Both the position numbers and the translations under genes were made by a program. A DNA stretch of 63,981 nt, counting the filler, from Octopus bimaculoides (taxonomy: Eukaryota): the NCBI RefSeq assembly GCF_001194135.2. It is 7 parts of 7 records of this genome, joined end to end, with 100 filler letters (N's around TTAATTAATTAA, not from the genome) between each part and the next. Parts side by side here need not be neighbours in the genome. Positions count along the whole stretch, not along the records: positions 22,747 to 45,975 come from NC_068990.1; 6 more parts are not named here. One strand, written 5' to 3'. Below the pieces are notes generated by a model that worked only from the letters and a program-made list of their open reading frames with translations, had not been told where the DNA came from and ran no database searches. Below are positions 27,256 to 41,453 of this stretch, one piece after another; position 1 is the first letter of the stretch; each line of letters begins with the position of its first letter.

Positions 27256-28255
27256 ATATAATACTCATATATACACATGAAAGACATCTGAAGCAGCAGC
27301 TACTTTTTACGTTATCTTGGAGATATTAGGCGTCATTCAACAATAGTAATCTTAAAATTCGTCCTACTATTACATAATGGTAACTACCTAATTATTTCCA
27401 TATATACATACGCACAAACACACAAACGCACGCACGCACATATACGCATACATACGCACACACACAAACAAGCACGCACACACATGTACATACATACATA
27501 GATGAACATACATACATACATACATACATACCTAACTCTTTCCATATATGCATACACACGTACACACACAAACGCACGAACGCACATATATGCATACATA
27601 CGTACACACACAAACAAGCACGCACACACACACGTACATACATGCATACATACATATATGAACATATATACATACATGCATACATATATACATACATGTA
27701 CATACATAGATGCATACATACATGCATACATGCATATATCCATGAATACATAGATACATGCATACATACATGCATTTATAAATATATACATCCATCCATA
27801 CATATATATACATACATATATACATATCTTTCTACAGCCACAGAAACACATACAACATCAATGAATCTATTTATCTTCCGAGCATTCTCATTGTTTATCG
27901 TCCTTGCTTTCCATTTAACCCGTCGACATTTAACTCCTCCCTCTTTGTCTCTCTCTCATTAAATTTATATTATTATGCATGTATTGCGTTTGTGTGGATG
28001 CGTGTAATTGTGTGTGTACTGGTATTTGTGTGCCTGTATGTGTGTATCTGTGTGCATGTGTATACGCGTGTCTATATGCATGTATTTGTAGTATGTGCAT
28101 GTGTGGTTTGTATTAGGATTATTTGTCTTCGTATAACTTGAAAAGTAGAGTTCAATGCAGGAGTGTATGTACACAGACACACCCACAAACACACGTACGC
28201 ACACACATCTATCTATCTATCTATCTCTCTATCTATCTATCTATCTATCTATCTG

Positions 28256-28323
<68 letters not shown>

Positions 28324-28343
28324 CATATATATATATATATATA
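26940..28343. repeat. Compound microsatellite block (CA, TA, CATA, TCTA)
   Basis: Direct reading. Confidence 0.95.
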
Positions 28344-30458
28344 NNNNNNNNNNNNNNNNNNNNNNNNNNNNNNNNNNNNNNNNNNNNNNNNNNNNNNNNN
28401 NNNNNNNNNNNNNNNNNNNNNNNNNNNNNNNNNNNNNNNNNNNNNNNNNNNNNNNNNNNNNNNNNNNNNNNNNNNNNNNNNNNNNNNNNNNNNNNNNNNN
28501 NNNNNNNNNNNNNNNNNNNNNNNNNNNNNNNNNNNNNNNNNNNNNNNNNNNNNNNNNNNNNNNNNNNNNNNNNNNNNNNNNNNNNNNNNNNNNNNNNNNN
28601 NNNNNNNNNNNNNNNNNNNNNNNNNNNNNNNNNNNNNNNNNNNNNNNNNNNNNNNNNNNNNNNNNTATATATATATATATATATATGATAGCTAGGAAAA
28701 TAGTGATACATACAAGCGTCAAACAAAGAGTGCAACAATTGTATATAGAGTCACGAGGCTTTGATTCTAGTGAACATAGTAGACCCTAGGAAGAAACGAA
28801 AACGGAAACTGGAAAATGATTTTGTTTTATTGGTTTTGTTTCTCTCTGAGCCTTGAAAATTAGATTGATGTGATATAATTCATCAATTATTAACGCCTTA
28901 TTGGGAAATGTTAGAGATTTCTGTCCACAGAGAAAACTGTACCGTATAGATATATATAGTGTGACTTTTCTCAGACAGACCAAGCCAATCTCATTTGAGA
29001 GTGATAGCTGTAGTTTTTAGAATTCTTAATCAGCTCTTCATGGACTTTTTCTAAGCTATTTGTAGAGATTACTTGAGAACCAGAACTAGGTAATGACATG
29101 TTGTCAACAATGTATATAAAATCACTGACTGAAATGCTAAAACTAAGTTCTGAAACACCAAAACCCATTATCTCGAAACTGGTAATACGACATCAATACT
29201 TGCAACATAATGAACTCTGCTAAAATGCACCAGCACTAGATATTAGATTTAACCGAACAACAGGTTAAGTCTGTTGACCTCATAGACAAATATTTCCTTG
29301 GTAGAGCCTCCATAGTTTTTCTGTGTAAAAGGACCTTAGTCGGCCTAGATTATGTTATTTGAAGCTAGTAGCATCCATGACTAGGTTCGGTTTTTCATAC
29401 GAAGTTCTTATCTACACGGTTATTCTTGTTATTTACATGATGTTCGCCAGTAACTGGTAATATATTCAACTGATTCATTTCGCCTCTAAAACAAGCAATG
29501 GTTACCGTGTATACATTCATAAATCTCTCCTTATCAGAGGATATATATTTGTCTGTTTTAATTAATTACAAATGTATTTGCATTAAAAACAATTTTTAGA
29601 ATCAGAAGAGGAAGTGAAACATATATTGAGGACGTGAAACCTAATCAGACGTTATTATCACAAATATATTTATCATTGCTTGATTTATCTGTTTAATTGT
29701 AGCTGTATTTTGCTAAACATTTTAATTTATTTTCTTTTAATTACATTATGAACAATTTTCAACTAGTTAAACATTTTAAACATTTCCATTACACGTTAAT
29801 TTATGGGTATTTCAATAAATCTTGCTTACATTAAATATTATATTTTATGAACAGTAGGATCTGTAAACTAATCGTTTCTAACTTAGGTAAAAGCCAGAAA
29901 TATAAGGAAAGGGAAAAGTCGATTATATCGACCTCCTTACTTCACTAGTACTTTATCTTATCACCTATGGAAGGATAGAAGAAAATATTGATCACAACAG
30001 GATTTGAATTCAACGTGTAGAACCAAAAAAATATCCTAAATAACTTTGTTCTCTGCACCCAGCGGTTCAACCATTCCAGTGTCCCTGGGCTTCTAAAGTA
30101 ATATGAGCAATATTAAAAAAACTATTATTGACTTACAGGTAGTCTCCAATTCCGTTACTCAAGTGAAATCGATCGCCAATGCTACACAGGATTACACCCG
30201 TGCGTTCTTTCTGTTCCCCCACTTTCTCTTTCACACATACACTAGCACAACTGGAATTGAAGGAGAAATTAAAACTATTTTGTACATTGATAAAAACGGT
30301 AGACTAACGCATTAAAAGGCGAAGTTTTCAACAACGTTCCTTTCTATTTAAACTTTCCTGTCTGTCAACATACTTTCTACCGCTCATATTCATTTCCACT
30401 CGACAAATCTTTATAATATATTCAGAACAATTCAAACGATTTTAATCATTATCAACAG

Positions 30459-30500
30459 GTCTGCGACTGAGTGTCACTGGCAGAATTCGAAATCTAAAAG
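30459..30500 (+). other. Orphan 42-nt candidate exon (UTR or cassette)
   Basis: Acceptor TTATCAACAG and consensus donor AAG|GTAAGT. Open in two phases (GLRLSVTGRIRNLK or SATECHWQNSKSK). No homology recognised. Confidence 0.3.
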
Positions 30501-30849
30501 GTAAGTATATAACTTTGTCTCTGTTGGATAGGGAGGAGGTTGGTGTTTGCAGTATATATTGGCTTCTTTATATCCGGTCCCATTATGACTATCATGATCA
30601 TTGTCTTACATACATATAGAGTTAACTAGCTTTGATATTTTGCATCTACATATTTACTAGGCAAGAGCTATAGTAAGACCAAAAATAGTCGAGGATAAAT
30701 TAAATTTATTATTGTTATTGAATATGTTATTTAATTTCTGTACGGCTTTGCTACCGTTTGTTTATGTTGTTTGATTTCTTTATTCATAAGTTTCTACTAA
30801 GATAGAGACGCGAGTAAAATTAATAATAGAGAAACGAAAGTTAAACTTT

Positions 30850-31167
30850 GGAAACAGTTACGCCGCTATAACTTACGTGGAAATTATGAGCGTGCTTTCA
30901 AGGTACATAATCAGAGAAAGACATGAAAGTCAACGTAAGATCGTAATACTTCATGTAAAGTAAATATAAGAAATAATCCAGAATCCTTGTCCGGTACCGG
31001 ATCGATCCTCAAATCTAATCCTTTCGTACCAGTCACGAGGCAAAATAACCCTGAAAATTTCATCCGAATACATCCGGCGGTTCTTGAGATACCTTGTCCA
31101 CGGACCAACAAACAGGCTAACACGACTGAAAACAATACCTCCGTCTTCCCTAAGGTGGAGGTAATAA
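30850..31167 (+). mobile_element. Probable non-autonomous DNA element ending in a short hairpin
   Basis: GAAAATTTCATCCGAAT...AACAAACA...AAAACAATACCTCCGTCTTCCCTAAGGTGGAGGTAAT (arms TACCTCC/GGAGGTA). Superfamily not assigned; left end not seen. Confidence 0.45.
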
Positions 31168-32008
31168 AAGACGGGAACTAGCGATAGAACGCAAACATCA
31201 AGAGGTATATGTCAAATACTTTGCAGTATTCGATCTCAAACAAATGCATTCTGAACTCAGACTTTGCCTTCGTAGCCTCTTTCGCAGTGGACGACAACAT
31301 AAAACTAGGCATATAATATCAAGTTCCATTGATTATTATAACCTTGGAAGCAATCAATAGATATATTTTAATAACCTGTTGTCAATAACTTAGTACATAA
31401 GGACTGAATATATACCAAACCATCTGTGACTTTTATTATATTCATCAATGAATTTTTATGAGAGTAAAGCAACAGTAATATGCTGAGTTTGATTCAATCA
31501 ACTACGCACTAATTTTGCTAAACGTATTCAATTCTCTCAATGTGATAGATCAATTTTTTTTTTTTGTAGTTAGCAATGTAGAGGAAAACCTAAGATTCTG
31601 GCCAACAAAGGCTGTCGTGTGATTTCATTATTATCAAGGCGATTTCATTCATATCATATTTCTAATGATCTTAGGGAATACTCAACGCACACATTTTCGT
31701 ATTTAGCACCAAGATTCTGAAACACGTGAACAATTTTTAAGGTAAAAATTTTCAAGATTGCACCACCTGCTTATCTATCTAAAATCTGAGATAAAGAGGT
31801 CGTAGAGACAGAGTAATGTTTGGTTCAAAGATGCATATCTCTGGGGATACATATCTCCTTTGCCGGTAGAATTACCTTGTGATTTCTCCGCCAGTTTAAA
31901 GTTTTTATTTTTAGTCATGTCAGTGACTCCTTAGTCAACCTCCGCCATTAAACTCAACAGCAGTGTGGTGTCCCTTGACCGCTCATTCGAATATAAGACA
32001 TATTTCAG

Positions 32009-32058
32009 AGAGAGTCACATTCGCTGCAAAAGATACAGCTGACCTGACTGTTATCAGA
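32009..32058 (+). other. Orphan ~50-nt candidate exon
   Basis: TATTTCAG acceptor, AGA|GTAAGT donor; reads RVTFAAKDTADLTVIR. No homology recognised. Confidence 0.2.
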
Positions 32059-32765
32059 GTAAGTTCAACGAGAAAGTGATTCGAATTCAAAGCATTCGGT
32101 GGCACGAAGGCAGATGTATAAATCGAGGTACGTTGATGAGAGATACGAAACTATACTTCCAGATATTTCCAGATACTATAAATCTGATCTGCTCTGTAAC
32201 AATGAGTACATGAAAGACCCTATCAAATACGAGTTCAAATATCACTGATGTATATTTTGCTATACTATCAGTTCAGAATCGCCAAAATGCAGTACAAATC
32301 AAGGACCGATGTCTTACAATAGAGTAACGCTTTCCCTCAAAATAATGACCTTACGCATAAATTAGAAACAATTATTGTTATGAAAATTATCTTGAAAATG
32401 GAAGCCGTTACTGAATAAATGTTTTACGATTTCAGCTGACAAGTTGACACAAGAATTAGTAAAGGTCCCGATGTCAGACAAGCATTATTACTTTCACAGA
32501 ATTTCTTATAGGGATAAGTGAAGGGGGAGGTAACAAGATAACCTCTCACGCACTGACACACACATACACACACACACACACAGACACAGACAGAGGAAGG
32601 AAAGAAGTGTGAGAGAGACAAAGAGGGTAATATGAGAGACAACTATAAGATCAAAGCTTGACAGATTCGGAGATTAAGAAATCCGATAAATTCGCTGGTG
32701 ATGCTGCTGTTACTACTACGGCTGCTGCCACTGCTGCTAGTGCTGCTGGTGCTGTGCTGGTAATG

Positions 32766-32822
<57 letters not shown>

Positions 32823-32964
32823 GTAGTAGTTACTGTTGTTGTTTTTATATGTTTGACTTTTGCTTTCTATTTGTACAAGACTCACCCAGAGACCTCAAGA
32901 GACAACAATTTAGAATTTCATATTATTGTTTTGCCTAGGGTGTCATATATTTGGTTTTGCACAT

Positions 32965-33870
32965 AGTGAAGTTCCAGAGGAGTGAGATGCCATCATACTC
33001 AAGCATTGGAGGTGGTTTGTGTTCTCACCTGTTTTTATCATGGGGCAGATTCAGGTTTTTGCAAATTATCCAGTGAATATATTGTGCTGCTCTATCATGA
33101 GATATCCTGTTGAGATACCCTGTAAGCGCAAGAAGACTGCACATGGAGACAACATGATCAATGGTTTCCTTTTGTTGTTGACATACACGGCATGTTGGTC
33201 TACTGCCGTTCTTTAATATGTTGACCTGGTAGTTTCTTGTAAGTAGACATTGATCTTGGGCTTCTATGATAAACCCTTCTGTTTCTGATTTTAAGCCGGA
33301 AGACACTAACCATTGATGGGTAAGGGCTTCGTTAACGTCAGTACTATTAGCTCTCTTTGGGTATTTGTCAGTGAGAGGTTTTTTTTTGTTTTGCCATTTA
33401 TCAGTAAGAATATCTAAGGCAGTAGTTTTAGCATGGGTTTTCATGCGCTTAGCTTTTTTTGTGCCTGTTTGTAGAACGATTAATTCTGGAATTTGTTGTA
33501 TTTGGAATTCACTTAGATATTCCTTTGCCTGTTTTGTTACTGAGTATGATGCTTTCTTCTTTTCAGGCTTTGAGAAAGTTTTAACGTCTAGTAGTCAGAG
33601 TTCTTCAGGTAGATGTCTTGGCAAATTGTAACAATCTTCATTGTTAATTCCAGTTGCAAACTTCCACGGCCACTCTCTTTTCTTGGCAGGTAAAGTTGTT
33701 CTATATCTGCCTCAGGGTGGTGCATTCTATGCATTGTCAACGATTTTCGTATTTCTCTGTCATATTCCAGCAATTGACTAATGAATGATATTGAAACTGT
33801 AAGTCAGGACTGGTGTGGTTAAAGTATTGATGGCTTTGATCCTGTTTCTTGCATTCAGCTCTGTCTTAAG
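32965..33870 (-). mobile_element. Degraded R4/Dong-type LINE fragment (post-RT region, CCHC knuckle, start of RLE)
   Basis: ILKTELNARNRIKAINT; MHHPEADIEQLYLPRKESGRG; GLKSETEGFIIEAQDQ...CRVCQQQKETIDHVVSMC...HDRAAQYIHW; EHKPPPMLEYDGISLLWNF. Contains stops and frameshifts. Confidence 0.9.
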
Positions 33871-33990
33871 TATAGCCCTCACCATTATTATTATTATTAT
33901 CATTATTATTATTATTGTTATTATTATTATTATTATTATGATTATTATTATTATTATTAATATTATTATTATCATTATTATTATTATTGT

Positions 33991-34293
33991 TCAGTAGTTT
34001 TATTTTTATAACGTGCTTTCACTTCACTACCGAGCGCAGCTCTGTGCGCCTTGGGTATGTGCTGTGGTTTGCTGTGGTGCTCTTATGTTTACTGTATTGA
34101 AAGTGTTTTGCGTAGAATGTGTGCAGTACCCAGTAGTGCAATTTTCTGTATGTTATATATATTTGTAAGTCCTGGTATTTTTGTTATGTATTTGTCTGAA
34201 TATTTTTTTTATTAAACCTAAGGCACCTACTATGATAGGAATTGTTTCTGTTTTTAGAATCCACATTCGAGTTATCTCTATTTCCAGGTCTTT

Positions 34294-34298
<5 letters not shown>
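33991..34298 (-). mobile_element. Young 5'-truncated R4/Dong-type LINE 3' end in (TAA)n
   Basis: About 98% identical to 45717-45975 and 51634-51959; (ATT)n on both sides. Confidence 0.92.
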
Positions 34299-34361
<63 letters not shown>

Positions 34362-34412
34362 GCCTTTGCACAGCTTCTTACGATGGAGATGTACTACAGT
34401 GTGAACTGTTCA

Positions 34413-34980
34413 CTACCAGTGAACTAATGTAACGAGCACCTTCCGGAGTATTGGAGCAGTTCCAAGCAGTGCTGTTTTCTGCAAGTGCTCCACCCTTATT
34501 GCAGCCCCTATTTGTTCCACGTACTTCTCGAGATTCTTGCTCACTGTTCCTAGGGCTCCGACAATTATTAGTACTACTGCTACATTTTCCATCGACCACA
34601 ACTGCTTCACTTCCCAAGCTAACCTGTCATATCTCTCGACTTTCCTTTCTTCCTTATCGCATACCTTGTGTTCAGCTGGGCATGCTATATCTATGATCCA
34701 GCATAGTTTGTCTTCTTTCTCTGGCTTCCTATTCTCTATCTCATGGTCGAACTGAATCATAAAATCCTATAGGCTCTTTGCATTTCCATTTTCGACGATG
34801 CCTTCAGGTTTATGGTCGTACCAATATTCTTCTCTATCAAGTCCAAACTTCTTGCAAAGTGTCCAATGGACAAGCCTGGCTATATTATTGTGGTGTCTTT
34901 TATATTCCTTGTGGGCTTGTGACGTACATTGGCTGGTAATATGCCATATGATTTCACCGTTTTGTACACATATTCTGTTG
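34413..34980 (-). mobile_element. Another R4/Dong-type LINE lineage: zinc knuckle + RLE C-terminus
   Basis: ...HITSQC...KEYKRHHNNIARLVHWTLCKK...WYDHKPEGIVEN...*DFMIQFDHE...IIDIACP...KVERY..LAWEVKQLW...IVGALG...LQKTALLGTAPILRKVL. Confidence 0.9.
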
Positions 34981-34989
34981 GCTTAGGTC

Positions 34990-36117
34990 ATAGCAGAGGC
35001 TACCTTCGTGAAGATGCTGATGATGATGGCGGTGGTTGTGTTGGAGGCAGCGGCGCTGTGATGCTGAAACTGGTAATAGCCATGATGCTGACGTTGTGGA
35101 AGTATTTGTGGTGGTAGTGATGATGTTGTTGTTGGTGGTGGTGGTGGTAGAAGTTACAAGGGAGATGTTGTGTGTTTTGGGTGGGGAAGGGGACCAGTGA
35201 TGGGAATAGTGCCGTTGACGACAGTACCGTCGTGATATTGGTAATGGTGACGGCAAGAAACTTGACGTTCAATGACGTCAGAATACCGATCACGGCATTT
35301 TTGAAGATAGTAGAGGCTATAATGGGGTCGCAGTGCCGATCAAGTTATTTTTGATGATAGTAGAAGGTATGGTGGTGTCGCAGTAGACATAATGACAGTG
35401 ATGGGTAAGTGGCGATAGTGAAAGTAGATTTGTACTTCGTTTTATTATTTGCAAGAAACAAACATCCAATCTATTATGTCCAACTCTCACGTAGGACATC
35501 CTACAAATCCGCAGATCCAAACTATTCTTCTTACGATCCGTCTCGTTGTTTTTCCAATTATTTTAATTATTACTAATGCAGTTCGTCGTATTGTTATTGA
35601 GTTTGTTCTTCATGTCATTGTTGTTGTAACTGTAACTATTGTTGTAGAGCTTTATTTTTTATTTTTGTAATTATTAGCAATAGGGCTCCTAGTTACACTG
35701 TTGTTGTAGTTGTTGTTGATGTAACTATTGTTGTTACTGATCACGGGACACTCACTTTAGTTTGAATTAGCATAGATCCACTTAACTGTTGCAACAACCC
35801 GAGTTGTAGTTGTTGCTGTTGTTGCTGCTNNNNNNNNNNNNNNNNNNNNNNNNNNNNNNNNNNNNNNNNNNNNNNNNNNNNNNNNNNNNNNNNNNNNNNN
35901 NNNNNNNNNNNNNNNNNNNNNNNNNNNNNNNNNNNNNNNNNNNNNNNNNNNNNNNNNNNNNNNNNNNNNNNNNNNNNNNNNNNNNNNNNNNNNNNNNNNN
36001 NNNNNNNNNNNNNNNNNNNNNNNNNNNNNNNNNNNNNNNNNNNNNNNNNNNNNNNNNNNNNNNNNNNNNNNNNNNNNNNNNNTCCACTTAACTGTTGCAA
36101 CAACCCGAGTTGTAGTT

Positions 36118-36162
<45 letters not shown>

Positions 36163-36484
36163 CACGTTGCCAGTGCTATAACTGTAGGTGATGATATTGT
36201 TAGAAATGTTATTGTTATTATTGTTGGTGTCAATGACGGTGGAAAGTCGGGTAACGGATTAATACCGGTTATCGTTGCAATGGCAATGACGACGTTTGTA
36301 GCGATGAAGATAACGATGATGAATATCACCAACGCCATCAAGCATCATTCTCACCATCAACATCGTCACGATAACCATTTTCATCGTCAGCATCACCATT
36401 ATTATCTTTATCATCTGTCATCGTTATAGTCGTCGTCCCCATCTTCATGTTGATGCTGGTAATGGCTGCAATGGTGTAAAAGAC

Positions 36485-36551
<67 letters not shown>

Positions 36552-37352
36552 TTAATGATGACAACGACGAAGACGATGACGACGACGACGACGATGAAGA
36601 TGGTGATGATGATGACGACGATGATGACAATGATGATGACGATGATGATGATGATGATGATGACGATGATGATGATGATGATGATGACGATGATGATGAC
36701 AATGATGATGATGTAGATGAAGATGATGACGACGACGACAACGATGACGATGATGATGATGATGGTGGTGGTGGTGGTGATGATGGTGATCATCAATATT
36801 ATTAACGTTATTATTGCTTTTGTTATTATAGCTGATGAAGACGTTGGCTATTATGTCAATGCACTTAATAATGAGAGTAATAACACTAAAGATGCTGCTA
36901 CTGCTGCTGCTGCTGCTGCTGCTACTACTGTTGATACTGCAGTTCACTGTATCTCTTATCAGCGGACATTGCTTCTACTGCTGCACGAATTNNNNNNNNN
37001 NNNNNNNNNNNNNNNNNNNNNNNNNNNNNNNNNNNNNNNNNNNNNNNNNNNNNNNNNNNNNNNNNNNNNNNNNNNNNNNNNNNNNNNNNNNNNNNNNNNN
37101 NNNNNNNNNNNNNNNNNNNNNNNNNNNNNNNNNNNNNNNNNNNNNNNNNNNNNNNNNNNNNNNNNNNNNNNNNNNNNNNNNNNNNNNNNNNNNNNNNNNN
37201 NNNNNNNNNNNNNNNNNNNNNNNNNNNNNNNNNNNNNNNNNNNNNNNNNNNNNNNNNNNNNNNNNNNNNNNNNNNNNNNNNNNNNNNNNNNNNNNNNNNN
37301 NNNNNNNNNNNNNNNNNNNNNNNNNNNNNNNNNNNNNNNNNNNNNNNNNNNN

Positions 37353-37405
<53 letters not shown>
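34990..37405. repeat. Large degenerate trinucleotide region (GAT/GTT/GCT/CAT) ending in (GA)n
   Basis: Direct reading; near-pure (GAT)n at 36484-36790. Confidence 0.9.
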
Positions 37406-37409
<4 letters not shown>

Positions 37410-37723
37410 GTAATGTTTGAATGAAAGCAACCATCTGCACGTGCTCTTTTCCGCTTCCACTCCCTCCACACCGTGCTCTCTCTCACTTCCTTTACCTCCC
37501 ACTGTCTCTCTCACTTCGCTTCCATAATACTCCTGGCTGCTTCTCTTACAGAGTTACTCAGCATATCTTTGTCTCTGTCTCTCTCTCTTTCTCTCTCACA
37601 CACTCACTCTGTCTCTGTCACTCTTTCTCTCTCCGCATACAGGCACACGTACATCGCATATTCACTTTTTCCATCCATGTGTCTATGCCTGGATCTTACA
37701 TACAGGCAATCACACACACACAC

Positions 37724-37768
<45 letters not shown>

Positions 37769-37784
37769 TACGTANNNNNNNNNN

Positions 37785-37843
<59 letters not shown>

Positions 37844-38099
37844 TGGTGTGTGTGCGTGTGTTTGCGTTTATGTAAATATGTATGTAGTATATATTTATGA
37901 ATAAATAAATATACACATATATATGCACACACACGATAGGATTCCATATAGTTTCGACCTACGAGAATCAACCATAAAGCATTCGTTCACTCCGGTTTCT
38001 GTAGAAGACATCAGACCAAACGTATCACACTAAGTTTGAGCTCGAAACCGCGTGGTTGCAATTCGAACCAGTTAGCTATACATGCAACACGCAGGCATT

Positions 38100-38971
38100 G
38101 AGTCATTTTCTCTTTCCTGGAGGCCTTGTGGCAAATTCTCGCTTATTAGAAAGCAAAACGACCCATGTTACACGACCAAAACAATGAAGTTTAGGGTAAT
38201 AGCCTAATGCTTTGGGGATACATAAAAAGTGATGGAGCAAGAAAGTTGGTTCAGATTGACGGTAATTTGAATAGTGCCAAATACATCCAGTTGCTAGAGG
38301 ACAATTTGATGCCAGACAAGTTGATGCCTGACAATTTGATGACAAATGAAGGTGGGATTTTTCAGCATGACGGAGATCCATGCCACAGACCCCGTGCAAC
38401 ACGACAAAGTCTGACAGATGATGTTACTTTATTGAAAGATTTGCCAGCTCAGAGCTCTGACTTAAATATCTTCGAGCAAATGTGGACAGAACTAAAGAGA
38501 AGAGCTCGTCAGAAGAATTCACGCTATCTTGAAGAGTTGTGGGAGTTCAGCCACAGAAAATGTGGCATCTCATGCCTTTGAAGATGGTGAAGAATTTGTA
38601 TGCGTCTCTTACCAGGCGCATTGAAGCGATTATTCGTGTTAAGTGAAATATTAACAACGTACAATAACTTCTTGAAACATTATGTGATAAAGTTTCATCA
38701 TAGAAATTTTTCTCTCTTAAAACTCTGTACCTTGATTGGTTTATGAAAGGTGGCCGAAAACTTTTGTACAGCCATTGTTGGTCGTCATCTCGCATCTTCC
38801 AACTCATTCAGAACCCCTACTACAAAATATAATAATTAGGTATGGAAATTACTCCAACAGGACCAATGTTTCATCTGTACGAAATAGCAATGCGAAGCAT
38901 CCACGTTTAAGTTGAAAATTAGTAGAAATTTACAATAGTTTAAAGTTACTGAACACTTTTGCACGGTATTG
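38100..38971 (+). mobile_element. 5'-truncated Tc1-like DNA transposon (transposase pseudogene + right TIR)
   Basis: MLWGYIKSDGARKLVQIDGNLNSAKYIQLL...FQHDGDPCH...PAQSSDLNIFEQMWTELKRR. Ends ...GAACACTTTTGCACGGTATTG|TA, a Tc1-type TIR followed by TA. Confidence 0.9.
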
Positions 38972-39348
38972 TAAGTGACATCGAACAATGATCAGCAAAT
39001 GTAGGATTCAGCTTCAAGTTTATGATATGAGTATTCACAGCTGTTTGAACAGGGACTTTGGTGTCCTTATTGAAACAACTGTGAATATTCCCAATAGATA
39101 TACATTTACTTAATTCAATTTTACTTGCATTTTGATAATCCATTTCAAAATAAATTAACACACATACTTAGATGCACATACAAATTACATACATACATAC
39201 ATACATACACACGTACATACATACATACACGCATGCATATTACATACATACATATTACATACATACATATTACATACATACATACTCTCTCAAGTTTCTT
39301 CTCACATATATATGTCCATATATGTATGTGTATATATGTATGCGTCTC

Positions 39349-39398
<50 letters not shown>

Positions 39399-39910
39399 AA
39401 TCTATCTATCTATCTATCTATCTTTCTATCTATCTATATACGTACATATATATGTATGTGTATATATAAACACATCCTCACAAACAGAGACATGCACAAA
39501 GGCACGCACAAACATATATTTATATATAAAGACACGTCAATGGAGAAACTTTCAATAACTCAAAGTTGCATCAAGATAACAAGTTAATCGTTTCCCCCGT
39601 ATGTCATGGAGAAACGTTAAAGAAGATTAAAACAAAAAAAAAACAGTTCTAGGTTAAAACTGAGTTCAGAAATCTTACTCTAGTTTTGGACACAATATCT
39701 ATAACCCTCTTAATATTTCGAATGAAATATTAGGATATATTATCAAACCTCTTACCACCATCACATGTTAGAAGTAAAATGTCAAAGGGCAGAATAAAAA
39801 TCTTTGATAAATTACAATCCTATGACAATAAACGCATAAGCAATAAGAGCTCGAAAGTAGGATTAATTACATTCCTTACACCTATCAGACAATATATAAA
39901 TTTGATACAG

Positions 39911-39942
<32 letters not shown>

Positions 39943-40016
39943 ACACACATACACACACAGAAACACACACACACACACACACACATACACACACACACAC
40001 ACAGACACGACATCCA

Positions 40017-40190
40017 TAAGACTTCGGAATGTCCTGCAACTCTTCTTGATTTTTCTTCTTGATTATTTTGGTGAATTCTGCCATGATATTTGCATTCAGT
40101 TCATCTTCAGTGTTACAAGGAGTTTTCTTGGTCTCTCGCTCAACTGTGCCCCACACATAATAATCAAAGGGGTTGCAGCCTGAGGAGCGT
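40017..40190 (-). mobile_element. Tc1/mariner transposase C-terminal fragment
   Basis: SGCNPFDYYVWGTVERETKKTPCNTEDEL resembles the SPDLNPLDY.VWG motif region. Confidence 0.75.
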
Positions 40191-41299
40191 GAAAAACTTC
40201 AAAAGGGAAACATTTATAAAATATTCCCTCTAAATATATTTATTTATATTAAAGGCATTACTACACATAAGTCCCTCACACTGTGGGGTACTCTTGAAGT
40301 CAAAACTACCATAATAAATACAGTGCACCGAACGCGAGGGAATAATTAAAGGGTATAAGTATAAATTTTTCCCTTATGAGGTTATTCACGCTGACTTCTT
40401 GATAAAATCATTTAAAGATTTTGTCCTATTTTTAAATTTTAAATTTAACCGAATATAATTCAGTACTGAATTTTTCCGAATATACACGTCTACCGAGATG
40501 CAATTCGAAAAATCCGCCTCTTACATAGATATATAAGAGTGAACAGCTCTATGTACTATGCTGGATACATTTGGTGTTCGTCTGGTATGGTATTTTGTTC
40601 ATTTTTATGTGTCTTCATTATGCCTACACTGACGATTAGAAAGTGTACTGTGTACACTAATTATGAAATGATATGGTTTCCGGTTGAATCTGTTTTTAAG
40701 AGTTGGCTTCAAGAGTTGCATTCCCTCGCGTTCGGTACACTATATTTATTAAGAATTATATACAAATTTTCACTAAAAGAAACCCGTCTTCCTAAAAGTT
40801 ATTAGAGAAAAAATTAAAATCACGTGTAATTTTCCGAAATACGTCTTCCCACCTTCTTTAAAAATTACTTTCTATAAATCCCTGTATGCTCTGAAGCTGC
40901 AACCTCTAAGCAATATTTGTAGCAAATTTTATTAAAAAGCATCTATTTTTCTGGATTTTATGAGGCAATAAATCAGGAGTGTATACATCTCTTGTAACGC
41001 CTTTTATTTATACGATTTTTTTATTTCATGTTTATTTCATTCATTGTTTGCAATGTTCTCTCTCGAACTCTCTCTCGCTGAGAGGAAGGTAAAACTTGAC
41101 AAACTGCTTCTACCTTTGTTGTTCAACTACCGTGAGGTTTGTTGAAGAAAGAGATTATGACTGTAATAAAATAATAAAAGCAATATTTACTAAACAAGGG
41201 AACACTATTATACAAAGAAATAATCTACAATTGGGAATCAAATGTGAAAATATTACCAAGCGAACAGCAGAAATCCGCCCGTAGGGCAGTCTTTTTCTA

Positions 41300-41375
<76 letters not shown>

Positions 41376-41387
41376 TATACACGCATG

Positions 41388-41453
<66 letters not shown>

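Noticed and set aside
28971-29195. Protein-looking 65-75 aa minus-strand ORF in unique DNA (similar cases at 2998-3210, 10721-10978, 32070-32250)
   Set aside because: No recognisable motif and no convincing donor. Length is within chance expectation for 64 kb.
35741-36160. Poly-Q ORF and an apparent 53-bp duplication (35777-35829 = 36083-36135)
   Set aside because: Identical sequence on both sides of a gap is best explained as an unmerged contig overlap; the poly-Q is a (CTG/TTG)n tract within a simple-repeat field.
40500-40590. TATATAAG followed by a short segment and a GTATG donor-like site (possible promoter or first exon)
   Set aside because: TATA-like words are ubiquitous in this AT-rich sequence; unsupported without TSS data.
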